A DNA stretch of 35,394 nucleotides from positions 1 to 35,394 of the forward strand of contig JYFJ02004044.1 of NCBI GenBank assembly GCA_000934665.2, given 5' to 3'. Positions within the stretch are counted from its first letter, which is position 1; the number at the start of each line of letters is the position of its first letter. Source of the DNA: Catajapyx aquilonaris (Eukaryota). Shown here piece after piece: positions 1-13,073 of this stretch. Below the pieces are notes generated by a model that saw nothing but the letters and a program-made list of their open reading frames with translations, searched no databases and was not told the DNA's origin. The position numbers were made by a program, and so were the translations under genes.

Positions 1-210
1 GACTGTTGTCACACATGGATTCCAGTTGCACGCATTGCTGCTCATAATGAATTATTCACTTATAATTTTATTTCGGGGTTCTATTACGTCCTTGGGTATT
101 TTGTGTAGGGGATCGGGCACTGCAGCACGTCGGGCCGGATACGTGTTCAAAATATGAAGGCTGTACTTGCAACGGTTTTTGAGATATGCTTGACAGAAAA
201 ACGTCCTCTG

Positions 211-227
211 AACAACAACAACAACAA
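211..227. repeat. (AAC)n microsatellite
   Basis: AACAACAACAACAACAA. Confidence 0.85.
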
Positions 228-857
228 GGAAAATTTTCATTGTTGTTTTTGCACGAGGATCTTACTTATAGGGACTATCGTCCCTACAATTTGGTGAGAA
301 TTGCTTCAGGCATGATATTCCAGATCTTCTATTAACTTTTTTTCCCGCTCTTCCCTTGCTCTAACACCCTTATTTATCCTCAGGCACTGGAGAAGAAGCA
401 CTTTTTTTTCCTCCTCCGAAGAAAGAATTTAATATGGCCTGAATTAATGCAAATCCAAGTCGGGAGGGGTCCCTCTAAACCTGTACTCGAGATGTTCTAT
501 GTACATAGTGCCATGTCATATGATATTCCTTATATGGATCCTCCGAGGCGGCTCAAGTCATTGATTGTGTAGAAGCCTGAAGCATATTTTGCTGGAAATG
601 GGATGCCGTCGAGTTTAGGAATCTGGAGTATGATGAGATGTTTACTCAAGTTACATGTTCACATTTCTTAAACAAGTAAAAGCTATATTAAAATTTAGCC
701 TACATGATTACCAAATTGTTGACTTTTCCTCCTTTTTTTTCACTGTTCCTTTTTTGATGTTATTAGATCTGGGAATGATGGCAAGTGTAGCATGTTTTCC
801 GCCTTCCCAAGCCACTAAAGGCCGCAGTGGGATTGAAATAATGCGACTTTAGTCGTC

Positions 858-2063
858 GTTTCCATGGCGATGGTGCAGTAAGAAAAGCGGGGCGCGGTTT
901 TATGAATTCAGCGGAGCGAGACATGTAATTGGGAGAAGGGAGGCCAATTTTCAGGGGAAGCAAGAGCTGAAATAAAAATGGCGGATTCAGACGGACCCCG
1001 CTTACCAGGTGGGACCACAGGGAATAAATCAGGACACCCAAGGAAAGCCAGAGGTTACCTGAGAATCCCTTCTTCGGTCCCGAAAAATTGTAACAAACGC
1101 GCCATTCACGTCGACACAAACTGGTACGAAAAAGTCTTCTGGCCACCTCCACGTTGGAGCGCCAATTTGTCACCAGTGCCAGTGCCAGTGCTACCAGTGC
1201 CAGTGCTTCCCCACAATGGTGCCAACTGGTTTATTTATTTATTATAATATAATTTAATAATAAATTTTCCAAACCGAACAAGCCCACCCAACTTGTCTAC
1301 ATCACCATTAATTTATTACCACGCCATTTTGAGTCCACAAGCTAATCAGACATGACGTTCAGGAAGCGGGAACTAAATTGAACCCGAGATGAGTTGAAAG
1401 GCCCCCCTACCCTTCCCATTGGGGAAAAACAGATAGATGGATGCCCTGGGTTTGTACCCGTGTTTTTCCACGAGATTCCCGCAGTTTCCATAGGAAGGAC
1501 CGATGCGAGTGGAAAGTGAGGGGGGGCCCTGGAGAGGCGTTTCCATGGCGCAAAGTCGCTTCCAATTTAACGCCCAGATTGTCATTACACGCCTCTTCCC
1601 CAGACTCTGGCTCCTGGATGTAATTAAAGTGAAATCTGAGCCGGATCGAACTTCTTCCGGGAACTTCTTCCATGCAGAAAGAACGTGCAAAAAATGGAGG
1701 CTATGTAGGCCTATGAATAAGGATCAAAGGGCACCAAAAAATGATTCTTTTGATCGTTCATCCGTTCATTTCTGGCAAGAAATTGTTGGGTTTTTATTCC
1801 AGGCACGCAGTGAGTACGTATATATAATGTGTATGTGCATGATGCCCCCCTTGGTGAGCCTTTGGGAACTGCCCTTCTGTATAATCGCATCTAGCGGCCA
1901 TTTATTTCTTTGGCAGGCCTCAAGTTGGTCGCATAAAACTGCGTGCAGTGTTAATTTATGGGACGCTTTCATGCCTTTATATATGTCCAAAATGGCGGTA
2001 ATGAAAACGACCACGACCCATTCTTCAAAATTGTTCGAAGATTCAGGGGGTTGCAAGATGGCG
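858..2063. promoter_or_regulatory. Promoter-like region with YY1-type and RFX X-box-like motifs
   Basis: YY1-type motifs: AAAATGGCGG at 975 and 1989, CGCCATTTT at 1322, AAGATGGCG at 2055. X-box-like GTTTCCATGGCG at 858 and 1539. Locally higher GC. Motif evidence only. Confidence 0.4.
1173..1206. repeat. Imperfect (CCAGTG)n hexamer repeat
   Basis: Five CCAGTG units with a 3-nt interruption. Confidence 0.8.
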
Positions 2064-5000
2064 TCTGTCATAGATAAATTGTGGATTTAGCAGTTGATTG
2101 GCGTTAGTCGTTAGAACTTGAGAATATTAGGCCCCGATGGTATTTCATCATTTGACTGATTTCACACTGCAGTGCTGTTCGTTGGCAGAATACAAGCCGG
2201 AAAAGCAAATTTATCTTGCCACACTCTGGACCGCTCTGGACTTTAACAAGCTTGTGGAATATAAAATATTGGGGCTCCCGACGTGACATTGGGTCACTCT
2301 CTCGCCTTCTACATGCTCATTAGCATGTGAAAAATGATACCCTTATGGGTCACACTAGTGCTTTTTTTATATATATAAAACCAAGGTATATGCGGGCTGG
2401 ATAAAGTGTGTTCATGGAACATTCATAGCAGAAGCGAAACTCGGGGAGTAAGTTGTAAGTGTAGTTGGGAGCCAAGACTCATTAACGTAGCGGGACACGG
2501 AAGACGCTAAAACGTTTCTGCTGTTTTCCATTTTGCTTGGCGTGACAATGCTTCAGATGTGGGCCCGCTGGCGTGACACTTTGCAGATAAAAGGAGCTTT
2601 CCAAGGTGAGTACGTTGCTCTGCTTGCCAAAAATGCGTGTGCAGCTCTTGAGTATTCAAGGCATTCCTATGATCAACTTTATCACTTATCGATTAGCCTT
2701 AATGGAGACATTCCATATTTTTGGATAAGAATCACATTCTTGTGTGGTAATGGATTGGGTTGTATATTTAATACTAGGTAGAGGTAGATTGAGTGTTTGA
2801 TATTTTGGTGTTAAAGTTGTTGACAGGTTCCTAGAACTCTGGGGGAATTCTTGGAAATATATTTTTAAAATAATTATTTTATATATATAAAAATTTGACG
2901 ATTCAATAATCCGGTGCTCAATGTACTTTACGTTAAGAATTCATATTATGCAAATTCCACTTGATAAGATAGAACCTCTCGAGCTCTATAAAACTATAAA
3001 TAAAGTTCAACTTTTCACCTGAATAATCCCTCTTGGACTCTGTTTGCAAGACTGGTACTTATATCCTTCCAAGATGCGTTGATCTTTATCGATTTGACGT
3101 GCCTACAGGGGTACAAAAAAGTAAGGCGAACCATTTTTCTTCTTCCCCTCTTTCCTTCCTTTACGAAGGATGGAAGAGCGAGAATCTCCACTTCCCGTCA
3201 TCCATCTCGGGATAGCTGCTTTTGGAAGCTTGTGGTCCCCCTTCTGGAACGAGATGTAGGAGATTTCCTGCTGTCAACTGCCTCTGGATCCCTTCCACCC
3301 ACCATTAGAGCCGCAATTACGGGCTTCCCACCTTCAATGGAGACCATCTTTGAGACTAGTAAATTTCTCCTGATCTGGTAACTCTGGGGACGCCATTCTC
3401 ATGTCCGAGGACATGGTAGCCATTTCAAGGATCGTATCAAGTAAAGCAAAAAGTTGCCCAAAGTGTACTTAGTTGAAACCAGAGACGCCATTGTTGTGTT
3501 CCTTCAGATTGAAGAGCGCCATGAAATTGCAACATGCCACGTTCCAATTTTTTTGTCTCATTTTGTCATGTTTTTCATCTTCTAAGAATCTGCCCAAAGG
3601 CACTTTTTTTCAAAAAAAAAAAAAAGTTCCAATACTTCGCATAAAATTAGTCTGTAGGGTCCAGTCGCTTCCATCACATCATTTGAATGCTTTTTCAAAA
3701 AAACTTTTCCTTTCCAAAGTCTTTCCCATTTATTTTCCTTAACTTGACTCTCTTTTATAAAAAGGATGGGGGTGGCTTGTGGGGTCTACCTGAAGCCTCA
3801 AATGGGGGCTAAAGATACAAAAAAAAACTGGAAAGGAAAAGGTTTCAGCAATTCCTTCGGGAAATCAAGGATATGCAAGACTTTTTTTTTTTTCGTTCTA
3901 AAAAGGATGAGACTAGAAGATTCGAAAGTTTTAGAGAAGACTTCCTAAGGGGGTTAGAGTCTTCGCAAAAGGGAGCAATTTCGCCATGCTATTACTTCAC
4001 CGCTGTGCAAACAAGCTCTTGGGATGGATCACACAATCTCTAGAATTTAACGGTGAAAAATAACAGTGTTTATCGATTGACCTGTTTCTAGCAGTTATTT
4101 CTGAGAAACAGTTTAGGGCACGTTTAATGCTCCAGTGTTTAATTACAGTCGTGCTAAGGTGGGAAATGGGTATGAGCGTCAGTCATCAGTCCATGGGGGT
4201 GATAACAATACAATAAAAGGCCGTAAAAGCGAAAGGCTGTATTCATCAAGCTGGAACGTTTTCCGTGAGAATTTTCGCTCCATAAACATGTCTTGATAGC
4301 AGGGGCATTGCACCAATCAAATTAGCAACCTGAGAAGCCTTGTCTTGTTAAATCAACTTCAAACCGGACCTCCTTGCAATTATTTGGAGGTATTGAGAAG
4401 CGGAACAATACTATGACCTCAAACTTGGCAATGCTGGAAGCAGGTTCCAATTAAACTCCAGGACCGCAAGAGAAGGCTCGGGAAATGAGTCTTCAACTTT
4501 GATGGTATAGACTAAGAAATGAGTGTACCGTATGGCAAAAAGGAAGTTGGAGAAATTTCCGAGGCTAATTGGGAAAACTCACTTTTGAAATATCAGGTGG
4601 CGCTGAATATAAAGAAGAATGGGATTCACTTTATTATAGCACATTCAACTTTATGTACGTTCAAAAAAGATGCGACCAACTTTTTGTTTATAGTGCCCCA
4701 TTATTTTTCGTTTGGATGATTCCGCTGATGATTGGTTGCAGTGCAAATAAATTATTATAAGCTAACATTTTAATTGGGTGTGTCATACTGTTAATTGCAG
4801 CCTACACAAGGTACAATTTAATAAAATGCCAAGTAATCAATACTCAACACTTAAAATGCAAATAAATCGTTATTCTTCAACAATAGTACTATACCCTGCT
4901 ATAACTTGGTGTAATAGGATTGAAACCGAGTTTTCCAACCCCCCATTTCTCCCCAATGAAACATCCGGAATGTGATTCCCTGTGCGTGTTTACAACCAGC

Positions 5001-7131
5001 ACACGGCTCATACACCTCTTTTGGCTTTTATTTCCTTTTGGGTCGGCCCGTCCTCGTTACTAAATTCCATAAATCCCCTTCTTCATTTCCCCCTTTGCCA
5101 CCTTACGCGCCTTGCATGTCCATCAAGGCGATGCATAAGTCTCATTTGAGTAATTTATAGCTAGAACCAGGACGTGAAATGTAAGCCTGCTAGCTAACCG
5201 CCCTATGGATCAATGAAACTCATGAAAGTCCGAATTGGACTTAAATGACAGTGTTAAAGCTGGATTTAAAAACACACTTGTCAGTTTCATATATGACCTA
5301 CATACATGCCACTTGTAAATCGTGGGTCACAAAGTGTAACGTTCTATTAAGGTGAGGGGGTGTGTGTTGTGCGTGTGGTAATTACATCTTCCAGGTGCAT
5401 GCGTACGTGTTATCTTTTAGCTACACGCACTATAATTTACTTAAGAATGCGTTTCATCTTCCCGAACACTTTCGGCAGGCGTGTCCACATGCAATTTTGG
5501 TCTTCGCCTTTTAAGTGTCATTTTAACTACAAGCATTATAGCTGGCTTATAGCGCAATGGTTCACACGCATTTTCTCCAATTTCTTAAAACGTATTTATA
5601 AAAAATGACAAATGTTTATGTATATATTGGCCAAAACTGAAATCGATATCTGCTAGACCCAGATTTTGGAAAATGATCTTGGCCATGTATTTCTGAGAGA
5701 AGGCGATAAAATCACAGGCAGCAGGCAGTCCCTTTCATAAAACTTCCGCATGGTGGGCTTCCTGAAAAGAACCTATAAGGAGCTAGGAGGAAGCAGTGCC
5801 CTTACTTTACTCCAGAATGCTAAACGAGAACCCCAAAAAGACGGCTCCTGGAAATTATATCTCCGGAACACTCATTACCGCGCTCAAAGACTACCTCCCC
5901 AAGTCTTGCGGGCGTCCAGGAGAGTCAATGTCCCTTGCAGATGACATGTGACGTCAGAGGAAGAAATGGGGCCTGAAACAATATTCCTGTCGTGCCTTTT
6001 GGATTTGCTGTTTGCCGACTCGAATATAAATCCGGGGCAAAGGACGAAAAGGAAAAGGTTCTGTGCTGTGCTCCCCCCCCCCCCTTCCCTCCCNCATTCC
6101 GGAGGGCAGCTAACTGGAATTGACAGGCGTCGAGATGCCAGCGGGGATGCCAAGCTCGCTGCTTCCATTTCGCCAAACAGACAAAAAGTGCTGACAAGAA
6201 CCAGTGTTTGGGTTGCATAGGTGGGAATCAAGTTTATAGAGTTGGGTTTAGTATATGAGGGGGGGCATAGGCTTCACGAACAGGCTTCACAGTGGGGATA
6301 CAAACAGGAAATTGCTGTAGGAAAAGTGTTATTGATATTTCAAACTATAAAGAAAATGTTTAAAACACTGGTTTCTAAACTGGTTTTCAATGAGCAAAAA
6401 ACTATCTCCTGAAAAGTATAACCTCAATTCATAGATATCTGCATTGAATGTTGTGACATTTATCCCATTAATACCATTCCAGAGCCGTCCAATGTTATAA
6501 ATACACATATCCTTGATGTGAAATGATATTGGAACCGGCAGTTTCGGATATCGGGTTGTGGGATATCGAGGATATTGGTGATCAAGGAAATGGGATGGGA
6601 TAAATGCCTAATATGATATTCGTGTTATAGTAATGCATGACTCGGTCAATCACTCATTGAATTTTCAATATGTGGTTAATTACCTTTGGCTTTTGGAGGC
6701 TTTCCGTTAACAGAAGTTCAGATAAATCAACTTGTAAATGGTTTCAAAATAACTTGATTGTAAATATGTTGGATGTTAAAATGTGAAAATCAATTTTAAT
6801 CTTTTCATAATAACTAAGCCATTTTTGTGGAGATTAAGATGTTGAGATACCGGCACGTTAAATATGGTAAACAATGAAGGATAAATGCCGTAATGGCTTA
6901 TCGGGCCCATGCATGTTGTGTATTGTATATATGTATACAGTATATTAATATTGACCAATTGTAATACAGGATATGTCAGATTAGAAATATTTATCTGCAC
7001 TGTTTTAATATTAAATAGCTCCATTGTGAAAGAAGGTCAATATTTTCAAACATGCCTAATATTGTTAGATTGTGGGATATGCTTGTGTTATAAAAGACAG
7101 CAGGTTCTTTCCAAAATTTATTTATCCCACA

Positions 7132-7463
7132 CTAGCTGCGGCACCCGGCGTTGCCCGGGAAGAAATGAATGAAGGGAAAACACCTGCCAGTGCAGTGGCC
7201 CCGTCAACGGTCTGTCTTTCAGTGTGTCCGCCCACCAATGCCATCTCCTGCTACTCCAACACCTTCAACCTCTCCCGCCTGTATAACGGCAACCGTCACG
7301 TCATTTGCCTGCCATCTGCATTCAAACCCCCCTACACCTCCATCCTGTTCCGGCCTGGGCTTGACCACAGATGGCAGGCAAATGACGGTTGGCAGGCGGA
7401 CAGACGGACAGAGACGACAGACAGAGAGACAGACAGACTCACAAACGGCTTTATTTATATAGA
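7132..7463 (-). mobile_element. Non-autonomous Helitron, 332 bp
   Basis: Minus strand reads A|TCTATATAAATAAAG...(CTGT)n-like microsatellite...CCCGGGCAACGCCGGG-8nt-CTAG|T. It has a 5' TC, a 3' CTAG, a subterminal GC hairpin, an A|T insertion site and no TSD. Confidence 0.88.
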
Positions 7464-7677
7464 TTTCATATTGCAGTAGAGTATATGCTTTCAAATATAT
7501 ACCGGTATATATTTAGCTCAAAGAGAAGCATTTCTCTTCAATTACATTGCTGTATTGGTAGAGCACAATGTCAGAAAATTAAAATAATGGATTGACGGAA
7601 CAAAAACAAAACAAAACTTTTGTGTCTGATCATAAACGAGGTTACATGTTCATTAAAATTTACTTGTCATGTTTCAG

Positions 7678-7810
7678 TGCTTCCAAAATCCATCTTCTCC
7701 AACTCGGCTCCATCACTACCATGAAACAGAAAATAAGGATGAAGATGACCCATCATGGGATTCGCTACACAGTCACAGCCCAACTGAGTCATACCATCCA
7801 TGCATGAAAG
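7678..7810 (+). CDS. Candidate internal exon of an unidentified plus-strand gene (CFQNPSSPTRLHHYHETENKDEDDPSWDSLHSHSPTESYHPCMK)
   Basis: Acceptor TGTTTCAG|TGC and consensus donor AAG|GTAAGT bound 133 nt. The phase-0 frame is open throughout and has a disordered-protein-like composition. No homology recognised. Confidence 0.45.
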
Positions 7811-9294
7811 GTAAGTTGACTCTTGAAGTTACGCAATGAGTGGCAGGAACAGTACACGCGTTTGATATTTTCACAAGGCGAGCAATTGAGCAGATGAGTT
7901 ATTCTACCGTAAAATCCTGTGTCAATTTATTCTCCTGAATGTTATCCGATGTTAATATTAATTCATCTGTATTTCGTGTTGCAATACTTTTGACTAATTC
8001 TCATCGCGGTCAAAACTTCATGATTATGTGCTCATTTTTTACACAACATGTTTTCACCTATTATATGCAGACAGCCAACCTACAACAGGCTTTGGGGGCA
8101 AGAATCCCCCTAGCGACAACTTCCCCACAATCTCCCCCCATTATACCCAATTAAATTCACCTACCTCACTCCAATCTGCAACGCGATACATTGCACCTCA
8201 AAATTAAAACTTTCAAACCATACAAATCATCTCAAAAGAAACACAAACACAAATATTCCTTAATGACTTTGTCATGTAAACGACCCATCTTTTGAAAGCC
8301 ATTGGGGTAATAACATGCAAAAGGCAGCAACAATAGGCAGATTCTTGACTAGGAATGGAATTAGAAATGCTGCGGAGATGAATCCTTTTGTTCCGTAGAT
8401 TCCCCTCAGAGGGGTGCAGGGGGGTCCCCTACAAAGGAAAAGAAGTCAACTGGCATATTAATTCCTTTCTACTAAGAGAGAAAACGCCACAGACGTGATT
8501 CATATGCATGGGTGCAAGCTCACTGAATCCTCTCCCGCTTCTTTCATTAATTTATTCAACCACATGGAAAGCGGGGCTTATTAATGAGGGAATCTGCTCT
8601 AGAAACACTGCATTGAGTTGTAGAGGGGGATACCGAGGGTAGGTAGATGGATGGATGAGGCCCATTCCCCAAAGGACACATTCATGCGTTAACACAACCG
8701 GAGCTTGAGGAAAGGTCGGAAACTCAGTCGAGCGTGTGGTACGGGCTTTTGCACCTGTACAACTTCTCCAGAACTTTTTTCTTTCATATGCTAAATCGCT
8801 AAATCATAACAATAGTACTGGCAATTTTTTAAAAAAAATGTATATTTGAGCAAACTTGTCAATTTTTCCATGAAAAGTGACAAGTGTGCAAGATCGTCAG
8901 CAAAATGATATTGGTGTGAAACTCCATCGGCATGAAATCCGGCGGTGCACCTGAGCCACTGGTCTGTTCAAACCATTAGTGTCAGATGCAGACCCGAGCT
9001 AGGCCCTGGAAAAGTGGTGGTGGGGTAGGGGGGGGGGGGGGCTTCCCGCAATGCAAGGCTGCTGCACTCTCATTTGGAAGCCCACAATTGCAGCTGCCGC
9101 CCCTAGTTCGAGCCCCCATTTTCCCACTGCCATTGTCTCTTTTTGATAAGTCGTTCCTCGGGGTCCACCAAACACTTCTCACATGTCCTAATCCTTCAGA
9201 TGCATGTGTGAAGTGCGTTTCAGGTTAAGGATTGAATACATACTGTGCTGGTGCATATATTTGGTACTAACAATGTAGTATATTTAAATATTAA

Positions 9295-9509
9295 CTAGGA
9301 AAACGCTCGCTCTTTTCTAGGCATACTGCCTGGGTGGGGCGCACCATATTGCCGGGGAAAGGACAGTTTCCCCGGCAACCAAACAGGAGTTGTTTACACC
9401 CCCATTGCGCATGAGTATAACGCGGGCCAATGGGGAGGTGGCGGTAACAATATGCGGCGGACCAATCAGAGGGCTAGGCCAACTCCCGCAAGGATTTTAA
9501 TATTATGGA
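9295..9509 (-). mobile_element. Non-autonomous Helitron-like element, 215 bp, second family
   Basis: Minus strand reads A|TCCATAATATTAAAATCC...AGGCAGTATGCCT hairpin...TTTTCCTAG|T. It is a GC-rich island in AT-rich flanks. Confidence 0.62.
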
Positions 9510-12500
9510 TTGTTTTTTATGAATGTTACATATATTAACTTACTATCACGATACCCGACGTTGCGTATTTCGCACGCGGCCACGGATGACCTCGCAGGTC
9601 AAGTCCAATGTGCTAAAAACCTTCCCCGTTAAACCTACCCCTAATGATCACCCTAGGGCATATGTCGAGGCCTCCGTATTGATTTGCATCGTGAACATAC
9701 ATTGTGAAATATATTAACCAATGTATGTTGGGCATACCCTATCACATTTTCTCAGCTATTCAATCCCCTTTTGCGTTCCGATTCACTTCTACTGTAGTGT
9801 GAGTCAGAGTGGTTGGATGATTGGGTGGGTGTCCCTCCAAGCCCCTCGTGTTGAGTATGGGCATCGGAGGAAGGGAGGGGGTTTGGGAATCAGTCTGGCA
9901 CCCAACTTGTTCCCAAGAGCCCCGCAGACATGGCCACGATTGATTCTTTTTTTCCCCTTTTTCCATAAACTCTCTCGTCCCGAAGCTTCCAGCTGCCTCC
10001 ATCTTCCACTCTACTTATCACGTTTATTCAGCCGGTATGGGAGGGGATTTCGACCAAATTGCACCTTATGGACAGATTACGAATTGGAGGGGGCACATTC
10101 TCATTTATTTTGGGTGACAGTCAGGTTGGTAGGAATTATTGTTAATTTATATACCGTCAATTACCACTATATATATAGAAATATTCAGACTCATTGAAAT
10201 TCCCATAGAAAATACTATCATTTTTTTCCTGTGCTACTAGCTTGAAATTGTGCGACCAGTTTGGAATGGTCTCCTTGTGCGCCATAAATAACGGTGCAGA
10301 GATTTGTCCGGACACAAAGCATGCCCTATTATTTGCAGAGAAATGTGAAATTTGAGCTCGCCGCACGTCCCGCTTCTTAAAATTGCGGCGATAAATACAT
10401 GTTTGGAAACGAGAGGTTTGCAGCAATGCGACGTGTGCGATTACCTTTTTTGCTATATACGTGCCTTGAAAAAACCAGGTCCAAGACCCCTAATAAATTG
10501 GTTAAAATATTTTTTAAAAGAGCATTGAATTTAATACATTTTGTAGGTTCAACTAAATGGATAGTAAGCTCCAGTAAAGTCGATGTCACAAATTTGCGAT
10601 CAGGAGCTTTCGTAGCCGTGAGGGAAGACCAATTACCGAAAGGAATAATGAGAAGGTGTAATTAATTTGATTTACTGAGGCAGTGTGTTAGGATCGGGTG
10701 GCGGAGAAGCAAGTTAGTTAATCATGCCGAATTTCCGCTGTTATTTCATTACTCTAATTGCCTAAGAAGTTTGTCGGCTTCGATGGTCCCCATATTCTAG
10801 ATTGCTGTATGATGTGAGAAAGTGGAATAATAATTTTCCCATGAATACATATGGGACAAAAATGAAAAAAAATGCCATATATTGTGCCTAGTCTGAAATT
10901 CGTTTTGCTCTCTGACTACTAATGCATTTTCATGCTTCTCTAGAAGCGGAACATGATTATTGCACGGGCACATTCAAGAGCCCATCCATCCATCGATTGC
11001 AACCACAAACCCTCCCAAAATGTTAAAAGCTCTTTACAACCGATTATCGCTATACCCAACATGCCCCGTTTTTATATGACGCCTCTGAACTTTTAGGTGA
11101 AGTTTCATTATCTCGATTTTTATCCCCAAAAAGGAAGTCCCATGCACCAATATATAGAATTCCAATACGTTTTTCCGGGGGAGCCAATGCCTTCGTTTTT
11201 CATTCCCAACTATTTGTCCACTTACGGCAGGATGGCGTCCCCAATAAGCTCCGATATTTTAAATGTGCAGTTTATCATGTCAATATATGAGAGTAATGGC
11301 GAGAGAGAAAATGAAGCGTCTACATTGACCTTAATCTAAGAGAGCTGCATTCATCATCCATAATACCTGATATATAGTACCTTCCATGAAATTATGGCAC
11401 CCATTTTTCTGAAATATTTGCAGGATGGAAAATTTCAAATATGTGCACCCTCCCCCTCGGTGCGTATGAACTCGTCATCGCTTATGCATAGATTCATTTG
11501 CATATGATTGAGTGGTCATCTGTCTGCTCATCAGCATGGCAATAATGGATACGGAACATCATCTCAAATATGCAAATCGTCAACTGATAATTGCATTAGA
11601 ATTAGGAGGCATGAATATCCTTAGGCTCCCGTTTTCGCTAACTTAGCGATAAGGACGCTGCCAAGTGTCTCCGCTATAATGAATTACCGTATGTTCCGCT
11701 ACCTTAAGAAGTGTCTGCCCATAAATTCACTGAGCTTCTTTTGTTACTGGACTGATCTATGTAGCATACTGAATAAAAAACGTTAATGTTACGTAATTCA
11801 ATACGAAGCTTCCCTTAGGCTGATGTCGCTTTTTTAGAAACGAGCTTTTTTCAAGCTCTTATCGCGTTTTAGCGACTGATAGCAGCTGCCATTTTGGACC
11901 TAGTTGGCTCTAGAAGGGTGTACTTTGGCTTAAAATTTGTTGAGTCAATTGCTAGATAAAAGAATATTTAAGCATTAAAGGCTGTGTTTGATTAACCTCC
12001 CATGCATATTTAACCCGTACTTACTGATGATAGTATCAGAATATTATCAGACACGAACCAATTCAGGCATGTTCTGACATGTTTTAACTTGCTTCGATTT
12101 AGCTACTATTATTGAAAAGACGTTATTCGCGATAACTATTTTCAATGATTTCGGGTTTGAAGTAACCTGATGCAACCAAAAACCGAATAAGAGTCCGTCG
12201 GTGTTGAACACAAACACTGCTCTTGTCCCCTCCGATTCCCGAGTGGCAATTTGTGGGAAGCTCGTATTTAATTAATACTCGGGGGTGTAATTAACTTGTG
12301 ATCGCTTGTTAGACACTCTCTTTGACGTGGTCATACAGTAGGGAGATGGAACCTTGTGTAATGAAATCCGGAAGAAACCTACTAAAAAAAACCCATGGTT
12401 TTTCCCACATTCTCAAACAGGATGGAATGTGAAGCACTTGGGAGTCGCGATGGAAACCCAAATAATGTTCCGGAAGTGTCGGAAGCCATTGTTGACTTTG

Positions 12501-13013
12501 TATAATGGGCCAAGTGCTTCTGGCGGTATAAGGTCGGCCGTCAAACAAACGGCTGATGGGAAATTAATATGGGGATGGCTGCGGGTTTCAAATCGCATGG
12601 GATGGTCCTTGGTCCCAAACTTCATTGCATGCTACTTAGCTCTGCTTGGGTATATCAAGGGTATAGCTAGCTTCCCATCAGATAATTTATTCCGAGGCGG
12701 TTTCCTAGTTTGCATAAACAATTTGGTACCCTTTGGCTTCATGCAAAGAACTCGTTTATTCGGATGATTCCCAAGGTATCATATCATTGGGGTATCGTAA
12801 TGTTAGGGTGGTCCGACCGCTGACGTGTAGTTGCGGTGTCTACCAGCACGTTGAATATGTGATGTTAGCAAAGTGCAGGATGTAAAAATTTTAGGAGGCT
12901 CTTGCAAGGTTTAACAAAGGTCTGGTTGATTCTGGGCAGGTCGTTTGTAAGGACGGGGTTTTTTTTTTTTGGCCATAGAGAAGCTGATATATGCTTGTTC
13001 AGAAATAGAATAA

Positions 13014-13073
13014 ATTATGGCTGTCAGGGGTAGTGTTGTTGATATTATGGCTGTCGAGAGTAGTGGTGTTGAC
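13014..13073. repeat. Tandem duplication, 2 x 30 bp
   Basis: ATTATGGCTGTCAGGGGTAGTGTTGTTGAT followed by ATTATGGCTGTCGAGAGTAGTGGTGTTGAC. Confidence 0.85.

Noticed and set aside
1503..2090. Longest ORF in the track (195 aa)
   Set aside because: No recognisable domain, composition typical of random translation, and no supporting splice structure.
6071..6094. C-run (also the G-run at 9017-9042 and a C-run near 28264) as G-quadruplex elements
   Set aside because: These are simple homopolymer tracts, one next to an N and so error-prone. There is no functional evidence.
7072..7494. Overlapping ORFs with RQTERQTD or SVCLSVC repeats
   Set aside because: They are translations of the Helitron microsatellite.
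9541..9570. Possible third Helitron 3' end (ACTATCACGATACCCGACGTTGC)
   Set aside because: It resembles the 7132 terminus but lacks CTAG and the second hairpin arm, and no 5' end was found.
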